This document shows, piece by piece, positions 9,197-21,155 of a DNA stretch of 64,000 nucleotides. Both the position numbers and the translations under genes were made by a program. Origin of the DNA: an uncultured Planctomycetaceae bacterium (GTDB lineage: Bacteria > Planctomycetota > Planctomycetia > Planctomycetales > Planctomycetaceae). The notes beneath the pieces were generated by a model. The model saw nothing but the letters and a program-made list of their open reading frames with translations. It was not told where the DNA came from and searched no databases. The stretch is taken from NCBI GenBank assembly GCA_963813715.1, contig CAWFAK010000009.1, positions 576,001 to 640,000 on the forward strand. Reading direction: 5' to 3'. Numbering within the stretch: the first letter of the stretch is position 1; every line of letters starts with the position of its first letter.

Positions 9197-11238
9197 ATGC
9201 GACGCTCATTGCTGCTGAGTCTTGCCGCGGAGTTGGGTTTCCTCTTTTGTTCCATCGTCTCTGGCGCGGAGCCAACGCCCGAGCAGGCGACGGTCTGTGG
9301 GATGATCGTCGACGGTAAAGGCATGGCCGTCGCAGGCGTCGAAGTGAAGGTGCTGCTTGATCGGTCGATCATTTCGGCGCGATCAGATGGGCTTGGCAAG
9401 TTCCAGGTCGGGGTCCCGAAAAATCAGGCCGCGCAACTGGCGATCCTCGCAACGGCATCGAGCGGCATCGGCGTGCTTCGACTGCACGGGGAGAGCGATG
9501 CTTCCCGAACCGAGAACCTTCGCGTTCAGCTCGTCGAATCCCGACCACTCGAGGTATCGGTCACAGATAAGAACAAGCGCCCGATCGCCGGAGCGCGGGT
9601 GGGCGCACTCGTCGACCAGGTCGAATTGCCGTTTTCCGAGACAAGCGCGCAGGGGAAAGCGTCGCTGCAACTGCCCGTTCGGCGCGGTACCTCGCGGTGT
9701 TTGCTCACAAGGCAGGGCGTGGACTGGATTATTGCATCCTCGAACTGGTTCGCCGCCACGCGAACGCTCGCGGCTGGCCGGACGACGGTCGGCTTTCCCT
9801 CTCGCTCAGCCCGCCTCGAAGAGTGACGATTCGCGCGAAAAGCGAGGAGGGCCGGCCTCTGCCTGGCATTGAACTGCGACCTGAGTTTCTGGTGAAGCCC
9901 GGTGAGCCAGCGAGCTTAGACCTCTCGTCGATGCCCGAAATATATCGGAGCGAGACAAACACTGAAGGAATCGCATCGTTTGATCTACCCGCATGGCTTA
10001 AGACTCGAGTCACGTTTTGGCCGCGTGACGGCAAGCCGGTTCCACGGCGGAACATTTGGAATCCGGCCAAGCAACCCGACGGGATTGTCGATGCAGTGAT
10101 CCCCCGACCGGTCGAGATTTCGGGACGCGTGGAATTCGCGGATGGCACTCCGGCGCCGGGCATCGCCATCAAAGTATCCGGGGCCGGGTATGACATTGAA
10201 TGGTTTCAAGGTCGCACCATTTCACGAGCGGACGGCCGCTTCGCGATCGACGTCTATCCCGACGAGATCTACATGCTTGGCGTCGACGACAAAAAATGGG
10301 GCGCTCGCGCTCTCGATGGCCTCGTCGTGCAGCGCGGCACGCCGATCAGAACCCTCAAATTCACGCTACAATCGGCCGCACGCGTTCACGGCCGGGTCGT
10401 TGAGGGAAAGGACCGCAAGCCGGTGGCGAACCAACGTCTCTCGCTGCAGCAAAACGGACGCGATCTCGGCAGCCTGCAGGGAGTCAAACTGCCAAATCCG
10501 GACGATCTCGGGTTTTATGTGGCACCCTCGCTATCGCTCGCGGTCGCGACGGATCGCGAGGGCCGTTACGAATTCCACGTCGGGCCCGGCCAGTACACCC
10601 TAACCGGACCGTCACAGGTGACGCCGAAGAATATCCGCATCTTGAACCAAGCCGAGGTGACCATCAATTTCGAGTCGTCGCGGCCGGAAAAGGGGCGGAT
10701 CATCGGGCAGGTTCTCGATGCCCAGTCGCGGCAGCCCGTCCCGCGCGCCACGATTCTCGGCATTTATCGCAGCTTGCAAGCAGACGAGGACCTGCAGCTC
10801 GTGGCGGACGACCGGGGGAAGGTCGTCGCGGAGCGGCAATTACTCCGAGTGGTCCTCTACGCGCGGAGTCCGGATGGAAAACTGGCAGGCATCGTCGAAC
10901 TGGGGCCGGACGATCGGGGCGAAATCATCCGAGTCGAGCCGACAGGCAATGCCGTGGGACAAATCATCAATCGTCAGACTCATGCGCCGCTCGCGCAGAT
11001 TCCGGTTACTTACAGCGTGCGTGTCGAACGCGAAGGTGACAGTGGGTGGCGTCCAAGCTTCGGCGGCGAAACGATGACCGACGAGAAAGGCAACTTCGAG
11101 ATCAAATCGCTGGTTGCACGTACAGAATATGACATCAAAGTTCCGTCAGGGAAATACACGGTGCAGCGCGTGGGCACCGTTGTCGTCGATTCCGCGAAAA
11201 CAAAGCAGCTTGGGCGGCTTCTGTTCCAGGGACCCTAG
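9197..11238 (+). CDS. Secreted protein with repeated carboxypeptidase-regulatory-like/transthyretin-like beta-sandwich domains; frameshift near 9690
   Basis: Signal peptide; recurring G-x-V-x-D..G-x-P-x-x-G-x-x-V and T/S-D-x-x-G-x-F/Y motifs. Confidence 0.7.
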
Positions 11239-11271
11239 CCCTCGAACGGCTCTAAAATGCCGCGAACGCGC

Positions 11272-12715
11272 CTAGAGCGAAGTGCCCGAGCTTGCACCTC
11301 GGCGTGAGTTCTCTTCATCGGACGGCAGGGTGCTTTCCATCAGCGGCAGTTCGACCCGCAGGACAGTGCCCCGACCAATCTGGCTCTCCAGCCAAATTTC
11401 GCCGTCGTGAGCCGCCACGATCGACTTGGCGATCGCCAGGCCCAGTCCGGCTCCCTGGCGATCCCCGTTTGGCGAGGAATCAGCTCGGTAAAAGCGATTG
11501 AAGACGCCCGACAAATGTTCTGGCGAGATGCCGATTCCCGTGTCCTCGATCTCGACCCGCACGCGGGTGCCGGTTGGCCGCGTGCGGATTACGACCCGCC
11601 CGCCGCGGGGCGTATATTTGATTGCGTTATCGATCGCGTTGAAGAAGACCTGGCCCAGCCGCACATCGTCCCCGCGGACTGCACACGGCGTCAGCGGCTC
11701 GACCAAGAGCGTGAGACCGGATTCCTTGGCGGGCGCTTCCAATCGTTCGGCGACGTCTTTCAAGAGTGCGTCGAGCCGCACTTCTTCGCGCTCGATCTGA
11801 ACCATTCCGGCTTCCTGGCGGCTGAGAAACAGGAGCTGGTCGGCCAGCCGTGTCAGCCGGCTCGCCTCGTCGGCGGCCGCTTCGAGCGCCTGGCGATACT
11901 CCTCGGGAGATCGCGGCACGCGCAGCGCCACCTCGATGCCCGATCGCAGCACGGCCAACGGAGTCCGCAGCTCGTGGCGCAGCGTCGGCCGTGAAGCGGC
12001 GCATTTCGTCGATCGATTTCTCGAGTCGATCGAACAAGGAATTGATGGTTTGCGCCAGTCGGCCCAGCTCGTCGTCGGCGTTCACGACTTCCACACGTTG
12101 ACGCAGGTCGCTGGCGGTGATGTGTTTTGCAACTTCCACCATCCGATCGACGGGCGAGAGGACGCGGCGGGCCAGTAGATACCCGCCTAAGAGCGCCAGT
12201 CCGATCGCTACCGGCACAAACGCCGCCACGACGGTGGCCAGAATCGACATCTGCCGCTCGAACGGCTCCAGCGACATGATGGCCCGGGCAATGTAGGGAC
12301 CACCCGGCCCATCGGCCAGCGCAGTGGCAACGCGGCTCTCGCCCACTCCCGACACTTCGCGGGACTCAAATTGCTGATTGCCGGGTTCCGGCGACGTTCC
12401 CAGATCGAGCGGCGGATGCCCCTCCAGAGCCGCGCTGCGAAAAACGATTTCCCCCGCGGGTCGACGCACTTCGAATTGAAACTCGCCATGGACGGCAAAT
12501 CGCGGCGCGAGATGGGCGAGAATTCCCGCGGGCTCTTTCGGCAGTGCGAGCTCAGTTGTGACTTCCCGCAGCTCCTCGGCCAACTCGCTGTCGACGGCGG
12601 CCAACAACTGCCGCCGCATCACCAACAACAACAGCAGGCTGAAGGCGATGAGCGCGATCGCCAACGTCGCGCCGAACCACAGCGTGAACCGCCACCGAAT
12701 CGGCAACCGACTCAT
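11272..12715 (-). CDS. Sensor histidine kinase, CusS/CzcS-like (TM-HAMP-HisKA-HATPase); frameshift near 11980
   Basis: RRFTADAA(H)ELRTP H-box across the shift, NAIKYT, DTGIGI, GAGLGLAIAKSIV; ATGA overlap with the regulator. Confidence 0.9.
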
Positions 12716-13383
12716 TTCGCGCTTCCCAGCTGATACCCCTGGCCGCGCACCGTGTGCAGCAACGTGGGCAATCCGGGACTCTCGATCTTGCGGCGCAGCT
12801 GTGCGATATGAACCTCGATCACATTGGTCCACGTCGCCGTCGGTTCCTTCCAGACGTCGCGGGCGATCATCTCCCGCGTGACGACGGCGTGGGCGTTTTG
12901 CATCAGGTAGCTTAACAACTCGAATTGCCGATTGGAGAGTTCCAACAGACGCCCGTCGCGAAAGGCCACCCGGCGCAAGAGATCGACCTCCAGCCCTTCG
13001 ACGTAGAACACCGACTGCTCCAACGAGCGGCGGCGCAACAGGGCCCGCAGGCGTGCCAGCAGTTCGTTGAACGAGAACGGCTTGACCAGGTAATCGTCGG
13101 CTCCCGCGTCGAGCCCTTGCACACGGTCGTCGATCGAATCGCGGGCGGTGAGGATCAACACGGGCTGCCAGATTCCCTGTCCCCGAAACTGGCGCAAGAG
13201 ATCGATGCCGCTGCCATCGGGCAACATCAAGTCGAGCACGATCAGGTCGGGCTGCCGCGAGACGGCTTCGCAGGCCGCGGCGACCGACGCGGTCGGAATG
13301 ACTTCGTATCCAGCCTCGACCAGTCCGCGCTCGAGATTGCGCAAGAGAGGCCGCTCATCTTCGATGACAAGCACTCGAGTCAT
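12712..13383 (-). CDS. OmpR-family response regulator (CusR/CzcR-like)
   Basis: VLVIEDE, LDLMLPD, GADDYLVKPF, NVIEVHIAQLRRKI, HTVRGQGY. Confidence 0.95.
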   Translation of the reverse strand: MTRVLVIEDERPLLRNLERGLVEAGYEVIPTASVAAACEAVSRQPDLIVLDLMLPDGSGIDLLRQFRGQGIWQPVLILTARDSIDDRVQGLDAGADDYLVKPFSFNELLARLRALLRRRSLEQSVFYVEGLEVDLLRRVAFRDGRLLELSNRQFELLSYLMQNAHAVVTREMIARDVWKEPTATWTNVIEVHIAQLRRKIESPGLPTLLHTVRGQGYQLGSAK

Positions 13384-14551
13384 TGTGTCGACGCATTGAA
13401 TGCCGAGCACTCCGACTCTCGGCTGGCCTGACCAGTCCGAGATGCCGAGTTGGCTCCGATCCGATCGCACCCGCGCGTCACGGCGTGGGAAGCGATCGGC
13501 GCGAGAATCGCCCCCGGACCCGCTGATCGTTTGGGAGGGTCACCCATTGTCTGACGGCGCACCGCAACTTCGGTAGCAATTCCGGTTGGATAAAAATGAA
13601 TTCATAATCGAGCCCAGTTTCGTCTGGACGCGGGGGGTTTGGCGTCTGTCCTCGCTACAGACGGGGCGAACGCCGCGGCTTCGGCGGCCTCTTTCACGCC
13701 GAAACGCCGTTAGCATGAGACATCTGGGATCATTGATGCGAGATTGCCTTCCCGAAATTGTCTCACTCTGAACGACGGGAATCAGTGTTCGCACTAGTCG
13801 GCATCTCTCACGCTGACGGCCGAGACCATCTTTTGAACCGCGAACAGCTCCACCTGTGGTCAACATTTGAAAATTTTCAGCTGAAGCCCCGGATCTCAAC
13901 ACTTTGGGTCCCGAGTCGCCTCTCGCGTCCGTGTATGTTCTCCGTTTGATCGATTCTTACGCCCCTGACGACTGCCAGTGGAGGATGGGGCGCCCCGCTC
14001 GATCTCTCGGCGTCGGTCGGCAGGCGGCAAAGTTTCTCTGAGATACGTGCGCCGTTGGTCCGGTAAACCGCCCCGACGAATTTCGGACGATTGGCGTCGT
14101 TATCGAAGCGTGCCGCGGTTGCGTGATAGGTTTGCCTGTCGATCAGTGAGCCGTCGAGGAATAACGCAGGACGGTGAAACCGATCGATCAACGGCCAAAG
14201 GCACCCATCACCGAGGAGGCCAGCCTTGAACGACCCACCGTGTTGGACTGGTTGAGGAACGATGTCGGCCGCGAGATCCCGCGTGCCGGGCGCCGAGGCC
14301 CGGCCCGCCTCTCCCGGGTTGACGAGCGTCGGGCGGCCCAGGTGATTTTACCTGTCCGCGGCGCGTCTCCGGCCGGCGCGTTCCTCAGCCCGTCAGACAA
14401 CGAGCCTGCCCCTGTTGAGCCTTTCTCCTGCTGGATGACCTTTGCACCGCCGGCCCGCGGCCTTCCCATCGGGGGGGACCGCGGGCCGCGCTTCTTGGCG
14501 GATCGCGCCGAGCGCTGCCTTCCTCGGGTCAAACGGGGCCGCAGCCAGCGA

Positions 14552-16255
14552 TCAGGAGGAGATCGACAGGCCATGGGCTTTGAGCACGTCGCGGACCTCT
14601 CGGCCCGTCGAACAGCCGAGCACGGCCGGCCCGAGCGGTGCCACGTCGGCCAGCGACAGCCCGGCCAAGGCGGCGGCCAGGCGATTGACGTGCGAGCGTG
14701 AAACGCTGATCCGCCGCACGCCCAGCGCCAGCATCAGCGGCAGGAGCAAGGAATCGCCGGCCAGTTCGCCGCACATCGTCACCGGTTTGCCCCGGTTGAC
14801 AGCCGTCTCGACCAATCGATAGACGAGTCGCAGCACGACGGGCTGCAGCGCGTCGTGATAGCTTTCGACGTACTCGTCGTCGCGATCAGCGGCGAGCAGA
14901 TATTGCGTCAGATCGTTGAGTCCGACCGCCACCGAATCGACACGACCGATCATGTCGTCGATCAGGAGCGCGGCCGACGGCACTTCGATCATCGTGCCCA
15001 GGCGGAATGGTCGAGGCGATCCCGAGGCCACACCACAAATGCGGTCGAGTTCCCCTTCGATTCGCAGCAAGGTGTCGATCGTGTCGATCATCGGCAAGAG
15101 CACCGTGACCGGGCGCGACTTGCCGAGCCGGGCGAGCGCTCGCACCTGCGGCTCGAGAATATCGGGCCGCGACAACAACAGCCGCACGCCGCGGACGCCC
15201 AAGCTCGGATTGCGATTTACCGGGATGTCGGCGTAGGCGGGCGACTTCTCGGCACCGAAGTCGGCCAGGCGGATATTCAGTTCACCATCGCCGACGGCGT
15301 GGGCGACCCGCTCGTACGCCTGAAAGCTTTCGTCCTCCGTCGGCCAGGACATTCGATCCATATAGAGGAACTCGGTGCGGAACAGGCCGACGCCGGCCAG
15401 GCCAGCCGCGGTCGCGTTCTCCGCCTCGATCGGATCGCTGATATTGAGCAGGATGCTCACCGGCACGCCGTCACGCGTCGCTTGGGGGACCGCTCTCAAC
15501 CCGGCTTGCAGCGGCTGGTTGCGGGCCGCACGGATGGCGGCGACAGTGTCATCTTCGGCCTGGCCCGGGTCGACAATTACCACGCCGGCCCCCGCATCGA
15601 TGACCACGGGGGCTCCGTCGCGGATTCGGGCGGCGGCCCCTTCGATGCCGGTGATCATCGGAATTCCCAGCCCGCGGGCCAGGATGGCCGTGTGCGACTT
15701 GGCGCCGCAAGTTTCCGTCACGATGGCGACGACCCCCTGGTGGGCATAGCGCACGAGTTGGCTCGGCACCACGGATGAGGCCACGATCACATCGGCCTTG
15801 GGGGATTCGGCGGCGGCCGTCTCATCGAGGCAGTAAACCAGGCGCTGGCCGACGTCCATCACGTCGGCCGCCTTATCGCGTACAGAGGGGGCTTCACTGG
15901 CCTTGAGCGCGTTGTGAAACTCGATAGCGGCACGGGCCACGGCCGCCTCGGCCGCCTGCAAGTTGACGCGAATCTCTTCTTCAATCCGCCCGATCAGCTT
16001 GGGGTCGCTGATCATCGTGGCCTGCGCGGTGAAGATATCGGCATCGTGAGCGCGGCCGCGCTGGGCCACGAGCGCCCGGACACGAGCCAATTCGCGAGCG
16101 GCGCGGCTGCGGGCCGCCTCGAACCGCGCGATCTCCGCGTCGGGCTGAGTGATGCTCTCGTGCGCGAGCGCGTGCGCCAGCCAGCTCCCCACGTCGACAA
16201 CGTGGATCCGTCCCTCGGCGATACCGGCAGAAACGCATTTTCCGCGAAGGATCAT
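14552..16255 (-). CDS. ptsI: Phosphoenolpyruvate-protein phosphotransferase (PTS enzyme I)
   Basis: SHTAILAR phospho-His, GVGLFRTEFLY, NPSLGVRG, MIEVP, NDLTQY, MCGELAGD. Confidence 0.92.
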   Translation of the reverse strand: MILRGKCVSAGIAEGRIHVVDVGSWLAHALAHESITQPDAEIARFEAARSRAARELARVRALVAQRGRAHDADIFTAQATMISDPKLIGRIEEEIRVNLQAAEAAVARAAIEFHNALKASEAPSVRDKAADVMDVGQRLVYCLDETAAAESPKADVIVASSVVPSQLVRYAHQGVVAIVTETCGAKSHTAILARGLGIPMITGIEGAAARIRDGAPVVIDAGAGVVIVDPGQAEDDTVAAIRAARNQPLQAGLRAVPQATRDGVPVSILLNISDPIEAENATAAGLAGVGLFRTEFLYMDRMSWPTEDESFQAYERVAHAVGDGELNIRLADFGAEKSPAYADIPVNRNPSLGVRGVRLLLSRPDILEPQVRALARLGKSRPVTVLLPMIDTIDTLLRIEGELDRICGVASGSPRPFRLGTMIEVPSAALLIDDMIGRVDSVAVGLNDLTQYLLAADRDDEYVESYHDALQPVVLRLVYRLVETAVNRGKPVTMCGELAGDSLLLPLMLALGVRRISVSRSHVNRLAAALAGLSLADVAPLGPAVLGCSTGREVRDVLKAHGLSISS

Positions 16256-16273
16256 CGAAGGATCATGCGTGTG

Positions 16274-19200
16274 TCAGCGGATCGCGGCGGCCGGCGCCGT
16301 CGCAGGTGCCTTGGTGGTGGGCGCGGGCTGCCGACCGGCAATCCACAACACGGCCGGACTGGCAATGTAGACCGTGCTGTAAACCCCGGTGATCATTCCG
16401 CAAAACAGGGCGTAGGCAAACCCGTGCAGGCTCTCGCCGCCCCACACATAGAGCACGAAGACGACCATGAACACCGTCCACGACGTCAGGAAGGTTCGCC
16501 CCAGGCACTGGTTCACTGCCAGGTTCACCAGATGCCCGCTGATGTGCGGATTCTTCCCTTTGATTTCGCGGAGCCGGTCGAAATTCACGATCGTATCGTT
16601 GAGCGAATAGCCGGCGATCGTCATGAACGCGGCGATCATGTTTAAGTCGATCATGAAATTCTCGAGGCCCAGGTACCGCGTGAACGGCAGGTATTTGCTC
16701 AGGTAAGCCCCCACGGCGATCATGCCCAACACCAGCAAGCAGTCGTGGATCACGGCGAGCACGAGGGCCAAGCCGTAGACGATCCGCTCGAAACGGAACC
16801 AGAGGTAAACGATCATGGCGATGAAGCTCAGTCCCATCGCCATGAGCGCCTTTTGCTTCATCTCTTCGGCGACGGCTCCCTCGAACTTGTTGACCTGGTC
16901 GAAGGCAGGTGACGAGGCCATCGTCTGCTGCATCGAGGCCAGGGCCTTTTGCATGTCGGCTTCGGAGACGGTGGCGGTTGCCTCGAGCTTCATGCCGTTG
17001 AAGCGGGCGACGTCGAATTGCCCGGCCTTCGTACCCTGGCCCTCGACCCCCTTGAACTCGAACAGGTCGGAGGCCCGTTCGTATTTCTTGCTCTTGCCGT
17101 CAGCCGTGAGGATCTTGTCGAAGGCCGACACGAGCGAGTCGCGGGCCGTCGTCGTGGTGATCTCCGAGCTGAATTTCACGTCGGTCTCGTGACCGCCGGC
17201 AAACTTCGGCGCGTCAACGCTGGCAACGGCGTCCTTCTTCTGTGGCACGGAAGGAATCGGCTTGATCGGAGCGATCGAGGTCATCGTGACTTTGAGCAAA
17301 TCGTGACCGTCGAGGGCGGAGGCTACCTTCTGGCGGACCTGCTCGATGTCCTGCTCTTTGGTGCGGATGCGGAACTGCTTGCCCTCGTCGCCGGATTGGG
17401 GTTCACCCTCCAGGGTCAGTCGCTCCAGCGACAGGCTGGGGAACTGCTTCTCGAGCAGACCGCGGACTTCTTCGATCGACTGCGGCTTGGTGAACTGGAA
17501 CGTGACCATCGTGCCGCCGGAAAGATCGACGTCGTAGTTGTCGGCGCCGCGGATCGCAAAGCAGATGAGGCCGCCGATAATGATGATGGCCGACGCGCAC
17601 CAGGCGTATTTCTGCTTGCCGATGAAGTCGAAATCGGTGTGGCCGAAGAGCTTCATCATCGTCAGCTTCTTGAGCCACCGCTTCTTTTCGGCGACGTCGA
17701 AGACCATGCGTCCGAAATAGAGGACGGTGTACAAGCTGACGACGAGCCCGATGAACAGCGTGACGGCGAAGCCGCGAATCTGGTCGGTGCCGATCATGTA
17801 CAAAATGACGGCACTGATCAGCGTGGTGACGTTTGAGTCGATGATCGCCGAGAGGGCGCGGTCGAAGCCGTTATGGATCGCCATCCGCAGGCTGGAGCCG
17901 CGTTCGCGCTCTTCCCGCATTCGCTCGTAAATCAGCACGTTCGAGTCGACGGCGATGCCGATGGTCAGCGCGATACCGGCCAACCCCGGCAGCGTAAAGG
18001 CCGAGTCGATGACCGCCATGATCCCGAACAACAGGATCAAGTTGAGCGTGAGGCACAGGTCGGCCACCAGACCGGCGAAATGGTAGTAGATGAGCATGAA
18101 CACGAAGACGAGCACCGAGGAGACGAAGACCGCCGTCATCCCCTTCTTCTGCACGTCGAGCCCCAGAGTCGGACTGATCGTCAGTTCGCTGATCGGCTCG
18201 CTCACCAGCGGCACTTCGAGCGCGCCGGCGTTGAGCACGTTGACCAGGTCATTGACTTCCTTGATGGTGAAACGCCCCTCAACGATGCCGCTGTCGTGAA
18301 TCGGCTCGTTGACCTGCGGGGCCGAATGGATCTGGTCGTCGAGCAGAATGGCGAGGCGACTGTGGAAACCGTCGGACATCGGGCCATATTCGCTGGTCAG
18401 CCGATAAAAGAGCTGACCTCCCCGATTGTTGAACTGAAAGCCGACGGCGGGCATGCCTTGCTTGTTCTTGTGACTGATATGCCCGCGTCAGGTATTGTCC
18501 GGTCACGCGCCGCTCGGGCAGCTCGTAGATGACCAGCATCTCGCGAACCTTCTGCCCGTTGCGATCGACCTCGCGCTGCACGGTTTCAGAGCCCTGGTCG
18601 GCAAAGACCGGCTTTTGTTTCCGCGGCCCGCCCTCCTTCGCCTCTTCCCAGCCCACCTCACGCCACGCCGCGACCACGTGCCCCTCTTGGCGAAGGACCG
18701 GATCGGGACTGATTTGCGCCTGGCGGATAATGTCGCGATGCTTGCGCTCGTTGGCGAGGATGGCGAACTCGAGCGACCCCAAGCGGGTCATCTGCTTCTT
18801 CTTCTGTTCGACGACTTCGCGATCGCCGCCGGGGATGATGACCTCGATGCGGTCGTTGCCGACCTGGCGCACGCTGATCTGTTCCTGGGCTGCCGGGTCG
18901 AGACGTCGCCCGACGGCGCCGATCAGCCGCTGCATCACTTCCGGAGTGACCTTTTTTTGATCCTGCGCGGCCTTTTCCGTGTCGATCTGGAAGATCAGGT
19001 CGGCGCCGCCGGCCAGGTCGATGCCCATGCGGAGGGCATCCTTCGGGCTCTTGCCCTGGGCGATCCGCCAGCCGAAGGGCGTGATGGCCAGAAACACGGT
19101 GAAGAAGACGATCCCGAGTTTCATCGAGATGTCCTTCATCCGCAGGGCCCGCGCGGCGAGCGATCCCAGAACGAAGGGGACCACGATCACCAGCACGACA

Positions 19201-19304
19201 AACAGAAACATCAACCACGCCGACGCGGCCGACGGAGCCGCGGTCTTCGTGGCTGGGGTGGCCGCCTGAGCCAGGATGAGCCCGTGCAACATACTTTCGA
19301 TCAT
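16274..19304 (-). CDS. secDF: Fused protein translocase subunit SecDF; frameshift near 18460
   Basis: GIDLAGG, TLPGLAGIALTIGIAVDSNVLIYERMREE, DLSGG, GYSLNDTIVNFDRLRE. Confidence 0.95.
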
Positions 19305-19381
19305 CGATCCGGCATCCTCTGTCCGGCGCCGATCCCTCGTCGCCCGACGCTTGACTAACAAAAGTTATTTAGGGGCAGGAA

Positions 19382-19774
19382 TTATTTCGGGGCATCTTTG
19401 AGCGTGGGAGTCTCGCTCCCCTCGCCATGTTTGCGCTGGATGGCTTCCCGCACGAAAGTCATCCGCGTGTTGTCGTCGACCTTGAGGGTGATCAGTTTTC
19501 CTTCCGGCTCGATATTCACGATCGTGCCCACGACGCCGCCGATCGTCACCACCCGGTCGTTCTTCTTGAGATTTTTGTGAAAGTTCTCCTGCTTCTGCCG
19601 TTCTCGTTTTTGGGGCAGAAACAGCAGGAAGTAGAAGAAGACAATCATCATCACGACGGGCGGAGCGAGCGCCCAAATGTTGCTGAGGCCGCTCGACTCG
19701 CCGCCTGCCGGCGCGGTCGCGGGGGGATCCACCGCCAACAGTAGAATCCACGCCGCCAGATTTCCCATTGCCAT
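19382..19774 (-). CDS. yajC: Preprotein translocase subunit YajC
   Basis: FYFLLFLPQKRERQKQ...LKKNDRVVTIGGVVGTIV; lies between tgt and secDF. Confidence 0.95.
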   Translation of the reverse strand: MAMGNLAAWILLLAVDPPATAPAGGESSGLSNIWALAPPVVMMIVFFYFLLFLPQKRERQKQENFHKNLKKNDRVVTIGGVVGTIVNIEPEGKLITLKVDDNTRMTFVREAIQRKHGEGSETPTLKDAPK

Positions 19775-20018
19775 CGATTCTCCGCCGCGCGCAAGGGCAG
19801 CGGCTCTTCACAAACCAATCCGTGCGACATCCGGAACGACACGGCGCCTCGAATGCGCTCTCCGGACCTTCCCCCCCGGTCTTGCGCGGGCCTTCGGAGC
19901 CAATCCGAGCCGCACGATCGGCCGCGGCCAATCGTCTCTCTCCGCCCCTGAAGTCGCCGCTAAAATCCTTCGACCACGCGGCTTGCGTCCACATCCTGGG
20001 ACCCGCGCGCTCGTAATC

Positions 20019-21142
20019 TTAGACGGTGCTCTCCCAGCGAGCAAGCAGACTCGACCGCAGCTCGGCCCCCCGGTTCTCGCGGCAAGCGGCCCGCAGATCG
20101 GCCAGCAAGCGCTGGTAAAAGGCCACGTTGTGCAGCGACAGCAAAATCGGCCCTAACATCTCGTTGGCCACGAACAGGTGTCGCAGATAGCCCCGGCTGA
20201 ATCGGCGGCAAACCGGACAGCGGCAGTCCTCGTCCAGCGGCCGCGGATCCCGCTCGTGGCAGGCGTTGCGAATGCGGACCAGTCCTCGACTGGTAAATGC
20301 CGTCGCGTTGCGGCCGTTCCGCGTCGGCATCACACAGTCGAACAGGTCGATGCCCCGCAGCACGCCTTCCACCAGGTCGATCGGCTTGCCCACCCCCATC
20401 AGGTACCGGGGGCGGTCGGCCGGCAACAGGGGGACCGTGAAATCGAGGGTCGCGTACATTGCCGACGGCTCTTCCCCCACGCTGAGTCCGCCGATCGCGT
20501 AGCGCGGGAAAACCGAGCGGCAACAGGCCTTGGGCGGAGCGTTCCCGCAGCTCCGGATCGGTTCCCCCCTGCACGATGCCGAACAGGGCCTGATCGGACC
20601 GCGTCTGGGCTGCCTGGCAGCGCGCCGGCCCAGCGCGTCGTGCGATCGACGGCCGCGATCAGCCGTTCCCGATCGACGCCGTGCGGCGGGCACTCGTCGA
20701 GACACATGATACAGTCGGCCCCCAGTTGCTCCTGAATCTGCACCGCCCGCTCCGGCGACAGCTCGAACAGACTGCCGTCGATGTGCGAGCGAAAGACGAC
20801 CTTTTCGTCGTCCAACCGCGTGAGCCTGGCGAGACTGAAGACCTGAAACCCGCCGCTATCTGTGAGGATGGGCCCGTCCCACTGCATCATGCGGTGCAGC
20901 CCGCCCAGATCGGCGACGACGTCGGCCCCCGGACGCAGCGCCAGATGGTAGGTGTTCGCCAACACCATCTGCACGCCGGCCTCGCGAAGCTGATCGGGAG
21001 TCAGCCCCTTGACCGTCGCCGCCGTCCCCACCGGCATGAAGGCCGGCGTTTCAACCGCGCCGTGGGGCGTCAGCCAGCGTCCGCTGCGCCCGCGAGAGCT
21101 GGAGTCCGCGTGCTCGAGTTCAAACCGGAACGGGCTGCTCAT
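20019..21142 (-). CDS. tgt: tRNA-guanine transglycosylase; frameshifts near 20625 and 20505
   Basis: [48 protein letters not shown], CxCxxC...HN zinc site. Confidence 0.95.
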
Positions 21143-21155
21143 CGGGTCGTGGCGA

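Noticed and set aside
14500..14545. SRP-RNA-like string GAGGAAGGCAGC on the minus strand
   Set aside because: It lacks the CAGG..GNRA..AGCAG domain IV arrangement and a long enclosing stem
16274..21142. Programmed ribosomal frameshifting or true pseudogenes in secDF and tgt
   Set aside because: No shared slippery motif is evident, and the frequency across unrelated genes fits sequencing error better
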